Positions 12,801 through 24,600 of a stretch of DNA of 64,000 nt are shown piece by piece (within the stretch, counting starts at the first letter, position 1; each line of letters opens with the position of its first letter). The notes below the pieces were generated by a model. It was not told the origin of the DNA. It saw only the letters and a program-made list of their open reading frames with translations, and searched no databases. The position numbers and the translations under genes were made by a program. Location: the NCBI GenBank assembly GCA_051362555.1, contig CM120645.1, positions 19,468,001 through 19,532,000 on the forward strand, read 5' to 3'. This DNA is from Lingula anatina (Eukaryota; Animalia; Brachiopoda).

Positions 12801-15800
12801 TTCACTGTTTTGAATCGCCCACTGGCACTGGCATACAAGCAGTTTTCGGGATGGACCAGTGTTTATGAAGATGCTTTGGTAACAGGAATTATTTGTCACA
12901 ACTTTTGCTGTGACTTTGACATGGCTTCTGGCTGGCGACAAGCCTGTAATTTCCACCCTTAGAAAAATATATATGATAAATGGATATGCATGTAGTATAA
13001 ATTTAGATTAAATTACATACTTGCAAATTTTTCTTTGATTGCCACAAAGAAATTGTTTATCTGACTTGATGTCAGTTTTGGTATGGACATGTATATCCAT
13101 AATTTAACAATCCTTGATCAGAAAGACAGCAGTAAGCTGTACTTAGATATTTGTCCTGAATAATTACATGAACTGCTATGTAGATTTTAAGTGCTGAAGC
13201 CGCGTCTAGTTTTTTTTCCCTACCCAACAGCAAAAATAGTTTGCTCCTATGCAGCTTTAAGCCTTGTCAGATGGCTGGTTTACACACAGTTGTTAAGCCA
13301 TGTCAGATGGCTGGTTTACACACAGTTGTTAAGCCATGTCAGATGGCTGGTTTAAACACAGTTGTTAAGCCATGTCAGATGGCTGGTTTACACACAGTTG
13401 TTAAGCCATGTCGGATGGCTGGTTTACACAGTTGTTGAGCCATGTCAGATGGCTGGTTTACACACAGTTGTTAAGCCATGTCGGATGGCTGGTTTACACA
13501 CAGTTGTTAAGCCATGTCGGATGGCTGGTTTACACACAGTTGTTAAGCCATGTCAGATGGCTGGTTTACACACAGTTGTTAAGCCATGTCAGATGGCTGG
13601 TTTACACACAGTTGTTAAGCCATGTCAGATGGCTGGTTTACACACAGTTGTTAAGCCATGTCAGATGGCTGGTTTAAACACAGTTGTTAAGCCATGTCAG
13701 ATGGCTGGTTTACACACAGTTGTTCAGTTGTGGTAATTATTAAATAAGTAGCCAATTTCTCTTTCAACATTCACTTGTAGAAGCCTTCAATACACATAGT
13801 GAGAGCAATAAAGCTGAAACAACAATACCTTTTTGCCTTGGATCTTAAGAGGTCAAAAATGTTTTAAAATTCTGACTCAAAAAGTTTGTTGTGCTAAACA
13901 TTTAACCTATGGTTCTTTACTTAATATGATCAAATTTAATTGATGCTATTTCCTAAAACAATAATTTTTATAAATGAAGACTCAAAAATTGATTGTAATA
14001 TTTAAAGGAGAAGTCTGTTTCAATTGGGAGTGGGTCATTATAATTATTTATTGTGGCCAATTGGTGATCTTTTATCTGGAAATGATAACATTGGAAAAGT
14101 TTTGTGCTCAAAATTTTGGAACTATTTTTATGAAACCTCTGAAATACTGCACCTTATTGGTTTGATCAAGGTTTGAATAATGGTGTGTAAACCTGCATGT
14201 TTTTCCTGCATGCAGCCCTTCCCCAGTGAAATTAGTGCTGTTAACACCCAGCATGTACAATTTATATAATAGTAGATCATTTCTTAAGAGACTGAATGTG
14301 TTGTGTTGATAAAGCTTGACTTTCTGATGCTTCATCAAAGTGCTTTGATCGCATAGCACCTGCCTCATGGGTAGAAAACATGTTTGGTCTTTTTAGAAAT
14401 GACTTTCTTTTTATACATTTTACAGACTATCAAAAACTTATGTTGCTGCACATTTTTGTTAGGTGTGTTTTTTATGAGAAGCATGTACTTACCTGCACAG
14501 CATGAAAAATATGTTTGTCTTTGTTTTGCATGATGTCTCATATGAGCCCATTTCTCAGATGTATCATGTATTGTTTCACACCAAAATTGGGACATTATTT
14601 TATCTAGTAGATCTATAGGAATGACTATTCTGAGCTATATGCTTCAAAGGTCATTGAGCAGACATAACAAAATATTTAGAACGTATTCAGACTGTGACCG
14701 CTCAGCTTTTTTCAAGACAAAAAGTGGTTGAAGCAGACTTACATTTATGCAATTTCATTTTAGCAAAATGGTGTTTAAGTCTGTAGATTGTTCTTTATCA
14801 ATATAGTCAGTTAAATGCTGGGACCTGTGCACATATGCACACACACATGCACATGCATGCACGCACGCACATACACACACAAACACACACACACAGTTCA
14901 TACTACTGGCACTTATCTCGATTAAGCTTGTATTTTCTGGAAACAACGTGGCTATGCTAATGACAGGAATCAAGGTGTGGTCTATAAGGTACGAGAAAAT
15001 TTCCTCTTCTAGGAAGATATCTGCATTTTCATAAGAAAAACTGAATTCAGAAATTGATTGAATTTTACTAAGAAATGGTCTGTGGAGAATGAAGAAAATG
15101 CTTTCTTTTGTTGCATGTTTGATCCCATCTATAATTCTGAAACTTGGGATGATATTTTATTATGGAATCAACATCATATTTATGTATGTTTATAAATGCA
15201 TGTATGTGTGTGTTTGTGTGTGTGTGTGACCTTATAAATCAATTAAAAATACTTAAGATACAAGTCATTCTGTTCATTTACTCCCCCCACCCCTCAAATG
15301 TCTGAATCTCAAAGGTCACTGGAAACTTGCCTCTCTAAGCCAGAGGTGTGCTGGTGAGAGAGATGAGTTTCCAGCAACCTTAGAAACTTGGGGTGCATCT
15401 GGACACTCAACTATCTTGGATGATGTTGATGTTGTTTTGCATGCAGAAGTAATGAACAGTTTTTGGAGGAATATCAGTTTTTATGTTTACGTAGTTACAG
15501 TTATCAGTCTTGCACCTTTAAAAGTAATATGCTACAACTTTGGTATAATGCATGGAAGTATTGTGAAGCATTTTTATATGATGTTTTAGTGCTTTAGATT
15601 ACAAATGGGCTTTTTTATTTATAATCTTCAGTTCATGAACAATTAAGCACAATTTTTTCATAATTTTAATGGTGCCTAGAACTTTTTTCATTGAAGTTGA
15701 ATTATTAAGGGGAGGATTCGGGCTGAAAGATGTATAACAAATTAAATGCATTTTATGTTTGATGTTGTTCAGCTTTAAAGTTTACCCTTTTTTGTGTCAA

Positions 15801-16286
15801 CTTCCATCTCATCTTTACTAACCTAGCCGCCTAATAACCCAACATAATATACCTTTTCTCCTTATTCACCCCATTGTTTTCCCAAGTTGAAATAATTTTA
15901 TTTTAGATTAGTACTTATGTAATGTATGTCAAATGTATGTAATAAGATTTACATAGATTTGGGCAATTAACTCTGATTCTAAAGTAATAGACATTTGAAA
16001 ATTAATTTTAAATTTTGTACATTTGTTTCATTATTATGTACAGTATTAACTTTTTGAATATTTACACTGAATAAAAGTTACATGAAGCTGACCCCTGGTC
16101 CAGTGATCTGACCACTCCACTGACCAGTGTGTCTGCTGTATTTCAGGGTCTAGGAATGATGATAACACTGACATTACCAGTATACAACAGAAGCACCGAC
16201 TCAGTAAGAGACATAGATTTTATTAATTGATAGGAAAACTTGCTCGATTTTGTATGAATGTTCATAAATAGAATTATTTATTTATT

Positions 16287-16355
<69 letters not shown>

Positions 16356-18641
16356 TTAAGGGGGAAATTTTTTGCTATTTGTAAAACTGAAATTAGGATT
16401 TGGTTTTATACAGAATGTTCTCATAATAAATCATGCACCACATAGGGGGGATTGTGGCACAAGTTGATTGCCTTGTGAAACCTCCCACACACCTTTCATG
16501 GTGCCATCTAGTGGCATAGAATACAATACAATACAATACATTAAATTTCATATTTGGAGAGTTTTAAAATAAAGCCTTATCCGAATAGCTAATGTCACAG
16601 CAATGATTTAACAAGTAGTATTTTTTATCCCTTGGATAAAAAAGTATATAATTTCAACTGTATGCAGGTAAAATTATTTTGTATTTAGGTGAAGTTTTGG
16701 CAGACTGTCAAAGTGAGTACTAAAAATTATATGTAAATATTTACTAGGAAGACAATGACTTAAAAATGCAAACTTGAGAGTGTTCTTACCATGTTCCCTG
16801 TCCTAATTTTGTATTTATTATTTAAATTTTAATTTTTTCAGAATAACCAGACCATCCTTGGTGTAATGGGTGTGGACGTGACCACTGCGGAAATGGAGAA
16901 CAGCACTCCATGGCAGAAGGTAGTGACTTGAAGATGTGGTTAGATAGAGTGTTTTTCCACCAGTGCCCCCATCCATTCACCAACCTCCACTTCAATAAGA
17001 AAAAATTCTGTCTAGTCCCCTAGCCATGAAAGCCCCCTTTACACTGGACGGCGTCCTTTCTGCGTCCAGCAGTACGGCCCCATTTGAGAGTTAAAAAATT
17101 ATAATACGTTACGTGCCGTAAACGTATTAAGACCACAGTGATGCCAAATTTCATGGTCGCAGAAAGAACGCCGTCCAGTGTAAAGGGGGTATAAGAAAAG
17201 AAATGAGTTCTGAGTTGTACAAAATGACCTCATAATGCCTAGAATTTTATAATATGTTCTAAGCAATTTTGTTCAAAGGAGGTTTATCCACCAGTGTCTC
17301 TTATGTACAGATTTGAATTAGCTTTTCCCATCAGGAACAAAAAATTCTGAAGGCTTAAAGCTGATTCATCAGCTCAGGTGATGGCAGTTAGTATGTCAAT
17401 ATTATGATAATATTATCATTTTGTGCGAAATGCTCTCAGCTGTTCTTCTCTTGATTGGGTGAAAATAAATGATTACATTACTCATTGACAAGAAATCCAC
17501 AAAATCAACAAATTGAAAAAAAAACATTATGATGTAAGTGTTTATAAGTAGCATAAGTTTTTAACATTATATTTTGTGAACCTTTGCAGCTGGGTCCAAA
17601 TGGCTATGCTTTTGCTATGAATTGGAATGGCTATACAGTCTTTCATCCAAACCTCAAGGCACAGGTATTAACTGCTTTTTAGTTTGACTATGGTACAAGG
17701 TTTATGGTATAAAGCATAATTGCACAAATCAAGATGTTTTAGAAGATCAATATGATAAGATATTATAATACAAAAAGGTGAAATATTGTATACAAATTGA
17801 TTCTTAATTAAATGGATAAAAGAATATTATAATATTGTCATGTTACAGTACTGAATTTAATATTTTTTCCAAAAATGATATAAAACATTAATAGAAAAAC
17901 TGATTGACTGAATTAATTTTATTTTCACAGCTTGGTTACTTGAAAGATCCTCCCAATGTGGACTTCCTGGAAGTTGAACATGAGAACCCTGCAAAGATTG
18001 AGGTAAAGGGTCACATTTATTATTCAAAGGGTCACAAACTTGTTGCATCATGATATTTATTACAGTAGTCATAATGTAGATTTGTAATTAAGGATTTATA
18101 ATTTAAGATAGCATTAGTATTTTCCTGGTAAATTTCTAATGCATTTATAGAAAATCCAGGTACAAGGCATGAATATGACTTTTCAAAATTAAGGTCTTTT
18201 TTTGATAGATAATGATGAAACAACAATGAAAACTTCTTTCAAAAATGATAAATCAGTTATTTTTAGTGGTTTTTGTGGTTGTATCTGAATCAAAATGATA
18301 CAACAACCAGCTAAGCTCAAAAATAATGTCTTTCAAGTGATAAACCTTTTAAAAATAAATATATCACACTTAACTGGGTGTTTGCAATTTGCAAGTTCAT
18401 GTTGTATCGATTATTGATGTTTAAAAGAGAGATGCATTTAGAAATGGAAAACAAAACGCACTAGCAGAAAAGATTATGTCTTACACTTTGATATTTTTGC
18501 TTTATTTAATCTTTTTAATTTTAATTATTTCAGCTGAGAAAGAAGATGATCAACAACCTGACAGGGAATGCAAACATAGAAACATTTGTCATTTCTAAAG
18601 ATTTGGTGAGTCTTCCAAAATGTTTACTACTCCACAAACAG

Positions 18642-18689
<48 letters not shown>

Positions 18690-21600
18690 GTCCTAACTGA
18701 ATTTTAATTATGTATGTGCAAAAAAATCAATGAGAGCTTCTACATGCAAAAAATGAAAAAAATGAGTGAGAGCTTTTCTTTATTTCCAGAGGTACGCCAG
18801 TGAGAAAAACAGGCTATATTTCTACACAGGGATCCCCAACAGTACCTTCAGCCTGGGGCTGGTCATGCCAGATTACTCCATAGTTTATCCTGAGGTCACA
18901 GGATATCAAGCTAAGCAATGTGAGTACTGATAAATTATTCCATAGTTTATCCTGAGGTCACAGGATAATCAAGCTAAGCAATGTGAGTACTGATAAATTA
19001 TTCCACAGTTTATCCTGAGGTCACAGGATATCAAGCTAAGCAATGTGAGTACTGATATATTATTCCATAGTTTATCCTGAGGTCACAGGATATCAAGCTA
19101 AACAATGTGAGTACTGATATATTATTCCACAGTTTATCCTGAGGTCACAGGATATCAAGCTAAGCAATGTGAGTACTGATATATTATTCCATAGTTTATC
19201 CTGAGGTCACAGGATATCAAGCTAAACAATGTGAGTACTGATATATTATTCCACAGTTTATCCTGAGGTCACAGGATATCACGCTAAGGAATGTGAGTAC
19301 TGATATATATCAAGCTAAGAATTTTGAGTACTGATAAATTATTCCACAGTTTTTCCTGAGGTCATAGGATATGTAGCCAAGCATTTTGAGTACTGATAAA
19401 TGATTCCTGTATCTGGTTGCATAAAAAAAGAACTTGTTTGTAACTTTCAGGCCAAAATAATAAGAGAAGTTTGACCCAAGACTTTATCAAATAAAACATT
19501 TTATTTGTCCAAGCCAAAGTTGAATCATTGGCTGTTTAATTATAGTTACTCTATTTAAGTGGATGCCTTCAGATTTATCCTAAATTTAAAGTAGACAAGA
19601 TTTTTTTGTCTTAAAGTTAATACTGGTGCTTTTAAGAAGTTATTGTTAAAACTGGTTACAGAACTATCAGGATATTATGATAAATACTGTGAACAATAAA
19701 AACAGTGGTTCACGTGTCAACATCTACCACCAGGGGCGCCACCTGGTGATGAGGTACGAGGCATGCACCGTGTCACCAACTGTCATAAGAATTTTGGTTC
19801 CAAAAGATAGCCTTTCACACTTTCTCAAAGGACTTCTATATATTCTGTTTCAGTATTGGAGCCAATTGTTGCTGATGCAGACCAAATGCAGCAGGGAGTT
19901 CATGCCCCTTTATGGTACAAAAAAAACTTTCAGTCTTTTCTGTAAAATGCATTTGACAATTGAATGTCAAGCAAATAGTTTTATGTATTAACTTCATTGA
20001 ACTAATCCATTGTAGTCTGCTGATAGAAAAGAGTTACTTTGAGTTATACTTATATCACTGAAGTACAGTGAGTCTTTGTTTTATAGATTAGTACTTACTC
20101 TATTTTTAATACAGATAATGAAATATGCAGATTATGCATTTGTATTATTATTAGTACCACCAGCGTGTACGCTGGCGGTACTCATGGTTTTAGTCCCGAC
20201 CCGTCTCGTACAGCTCCGCCGGCTCCTGCGGCTCCGCAGGATGACGTGGGATACAAGTCACCGTTACCGCTTCTCCTCCTAGACCGCAAGGACCTGTGTC
20301 CCCATCTCTTGGATTTAGGTCACATATAATCTCAACTTGAACACCCAGGTTTTTTTGTCTCAGTTGGTGCATTGACCTGGGCGTGACGCTTGTTGAAACG
20401 CACCCTTGTCAAAATGTTTGAAAATTCAATGCTAAATATCTCCCAGACCGATGGAATTATGGGAAAAATTTCTACAGATGGCTGACCGAAAGTCATATGT
20501 GAGGTTTTCAAATATGCCCTTGGATTTGACCTTTGACCTTTATTTCAAGGTCAAATGGGCCAAAATTTTCTAAAAATAGGAATTTTTTGCGAGAAAATTT
20601 TTATTTCAGCCCATTTTCAGAAACTAAACAGATCTTACCTATAATATTATGGGCAGGTGTTACCCTTAGGGTCATCTTTCATTTTCGTGAGTTTGGGGTC
20701 AATCGGTGCATTTTCATGGTAGCAGCGGCCATTAGATGCCGAAACTGAAAACTCTCTCTAATTCTGGTACCGTTAATGCTAGAGACCTCTTGTTTTATGC
20801 ATTTTGTAGAACTTGTCAAGGGCAACACTGGGGGTAGTGTCTATTTTTTTGTTTTCAATACGGCTTAGGCATTGCACTATATCAAAAAGTTCAACATCCT
20901 AAATTCAGTGGTGAAAATAAAATGTGAAATCCTCAAAAATTAGCAGAGATATGCCCATAGTTACTTTTGAACTTGAATAGGAAGTCATATACTGGTAATC
21001 TAACTGTAAAATTGAAATTGACCTTTGACCTACTTTTCATGATGAACTGCACTTTGCAAGTTTTCTGATCTTTATATCTCCAAAACTGGCAAAGATACGC
21101 CCATAGTTACTATTGAACTTGAATAGGAAGTCATATAATGGCAATCTAACTGTGATCCTGAAATTGACATTTGACCTAATTTTCACCATGAACTGAACTT
21201 TGCAAATTTTCCAGCCCTTATATCTCTAAAACTGGCAGAGATACATCCATAGTTACTGTTGAACTTGAGTGGGAAGTCATATACTGGCAATCTAACTGTG
21301 ACCTTGAAATTGACCTGTGACCTACTTTTCACCATGAACTGAACTTTGAAAAATTTCTCTCCCTTATATCTCTAAAACTGGCAGAGATAAGCCCATAGCT
21401 ACTATTAAACCTAAATAGGAAGTCATATACCGGCAATCTAACTGTGACCTTGAAATTGACCTTTGACCTACTTTTTATGATGAACTGTACTTTGCATGTT
21501 TTCTGGCCTTAACATTTCCAAAATTGGCAAGGAAATGCCCATAGTTACTATTGAACTTGAATAGAAAGTCATGTACTGTGACCTTGAAATTGACTTACTT

Positions 21601-24600
21601 TTTCATCATGAACTGAACTTTGCATATTTTCTTGTCCCTCACATCTTCAAAACAAGCAGAGATATGCCCAGTGTTGCCCCTAGGTTTTCTCTTTTGTCAG
21701 CATATATGCAACACTGATAACTCATTTCAAGGAAAACCAATGGGCCTATTGTCCAGAAAATCACAGGAGTGATCAATGTTAGGAAAATACAGGCTAATTG
21801 GAAAATCCGCTTGATTGGACCATTTTTATGTTATATTTTTTCTATTTTTTTTCATAATACTACTTTGAGAATTCTTGTTTATTGCATAGAGCTTGTCAAG
21901 GACAAGACTGGTTGTGGTGTCCCTTTTTTTTGGGGGGGGGGGGGTTCCATTCGAATGCGCTCACTCCAGCTGGTGGTACACTATCCGGAGGCGGTATCAC
22001 CTCTCTGATCCTCTAGTTATTATTGGATATTTTCAGGATTTGTAACTCTAAGGACATTGTTGTTGACAATTATAACAATACCAATGACACGGAGACATTT
22101 CCTCCAAACCCAGTCAGGGACATGGTGAATGGGAGCAGTTCTTGTGAGTGGTTTTTCAGCAAAGTTGGTTAAATTTATTTTTTTACTGGCAAAGATTATA
22201 ATTAGTAGGTCAACAATTTCACCATCATCAATCATCTTCGCCTCCAATTTTAGAGATAACAATGCATAACCTTCCTGGAATTCACATAAAATTTTGTTTT
22301 AACTGGTCATGACTTGACTGCCATCTAGTGGCTGTTTCTTGGGAAGTTTGCCACATATGATATTCCTAATGACCACTGAAAGCATTAAATCTCCAACATT
22401 CATTTGATGTAGTAGGGAATGCCCTACATATTGAAAATATTAAATCTGCATCACAAAAAAATGTGAACTTTATCCCTTAATCATGTGTAGTATGGTGAAA
22501 CTCTTGAAACATTTTGTGCAGATATTAAATGAAGTAAAGCTTTATTTTTCAAAACGTGTTTTAATATTCTTCCTAGGCAATGACGATCTTGTCCAGCACT
22601 TCCTGTGGGACTACGTGACAACCCAGAATGTCACTGAACATTGGAAGGCCTTGTCTCAGGCATACAAGTAAGCTTTGTGGTGATTTTAACCCAATTGAAA
22701 CTAAATTGATGACTCATATTTTCCCAAAATGTTGCCTTCTTTAATTACCTCAAAATTTAATTGGCAAATTGTTGCTGTTGAGTTGGATTCAACATTTTTT
22801 CGAGAGTCAAGAAAAATTGTGAATGATTATAAAAAAAATTGACAAGTGATGATTTTGAGAAATTGCTGTGACAGAGGAATTTGACATCCTAAATTTTATT
22901 GCACTTTCACTCTGGCAACATTGAATATAACTTAAACAAATTAGGAAAAATATGTAAAATAAATTCATAATGTTAATGCCAAAAATGATATTATTTTTAT
23001 TATTAATGCTGCTGTTATATATTTTAGTTAATTGCAAATATTAAGCTGTCTTATTTTCAGATTCTGATTAAAATTTTGAAGAGGTAGTAACTTGTTTTCT
23101 AGGTCTGCCACAGAGGTTGTCTTTGTTTCCACAAACAGTGGACTGACCAGGCTCTATCCTCATAAGTAAGTGGGTCATAATTGACCACAAGATCGCAATT
23201 TGTCTCATGTGGAAGTATACTGTGAATATGATTTCAGTAGAAATTCTGCTGTTTAGCGATGAATATAATATTAATTCCTCTGAATCAAAAGGCTTCTGTT
23301 TAATGCAGATTCATGTGAATGTTATCAGAATTTAAGTAAAATCTACTGTTGTGTACATGTAAAGTATATATGTTACTGTTGTATATCTTGAACACTTCAG
23401 TATGACAGAACAGCTTCTGAATATGGCCAACCCTCGTGAGAACCAGGAATACAAAAGGGCAATTGATGAGGACCATGTGTTTTTCTCAGCGCCTTACAAA
23501 GCTGGTTAGTAAGGTCGCATGCAGATCTGTTTTAATAAAAAACATTATGAATCAGTATTACAGCCCTGGGTATGAGTTTATAATAGAATCCTTTCTAGAG
23601 TATTTGCTCATCATCAGACTGATTGATTTTTCCCTCTTAGAAGCCAGAAAAAGAACAAAGTCATTTATTTCTAAGTTCTGTCACTTAAGTGTAGGGAATA
23701 GAAATGGCATTTAGTTGTACAATAAAGGGTGAAAGAGAATGCCACAAAAGTATGCACAAATAATTGAATCAACTTTGACCACTTTTCAGTGAAGGACAAT
23801 AACCCCAACACCACTGGTCCAGTGGTCAGTGTCATGAAGTCCATAAGCATGACGGAAAAGGGTGGCAATACCTATAAACCAGCAGGTTTGTAGACTGCAT
23901 AGAGAACAATATGCATGCATGGAGACATACACACGTAAAAGTACACAGTCAGACACACAAAATTATTCATTCCTGTGCATATAAATGCTCGGATATGTTT
24001 TGGTACAGATGCACAAACAGACATGCCTATATGCATAAACTCACATGGAACAGCACATGCACACATATACGTACACAAACACACATGCTAACACGCACAC
24101 AGGATTTTCAGCTTAATTTGACAGTGCTGACAGTGATCCATTTTATGAAGCATTTCTTATATTATACCTATGCTGTTGTAGTGTCTTTCTAAATAATACT
24201 ATTCTGAGATTCCTTTTATGGAGGATAGCTCCTAAATTTATGGAAAATCAATAGCATTGTAAAAATATGCAAATTAACATAAATTGTATTTACATGGCTT
24301 AATTTTATAAATATGTGACGAAATGAATTGCCAGTCATTTTGGTTTCTGCTTTTTTGTACAATTTTGAGATCATTTTATCTTTGGTAATCAGAGAAAATT
24401 AACTATGAAACTAACTAATCTGCAAAAAAAAAAAGGAATAATAGAGTAACTTCATACATCCTTAACTAGTGAACGTAAAATCAAATTTCCAGTGGTTGGA
24501 GCCAAGATGCACCAGACATACTTGACTGAATTGATGAACAATACCAGCCAAGGGCAGTGCTCTGATCTCTCTTTGACTCTCTTCTGTTATCTCATTGATG

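Noticed and set aside
13241-13736. Repetitive ORFs ([12 protein letters not shown])n and a CRISPR-like appearance
   Set aside because: Head-to-tail 36-bp minisatellite with no unique spacers, inside a eukaryotic intron.
12879-16146. Further 84-nt paralogous exons downstream of D
   Set aside because: I found no AG-84 nt-GT open segment with Y-x-D by eye; a profile search could still find a very divergent copy.
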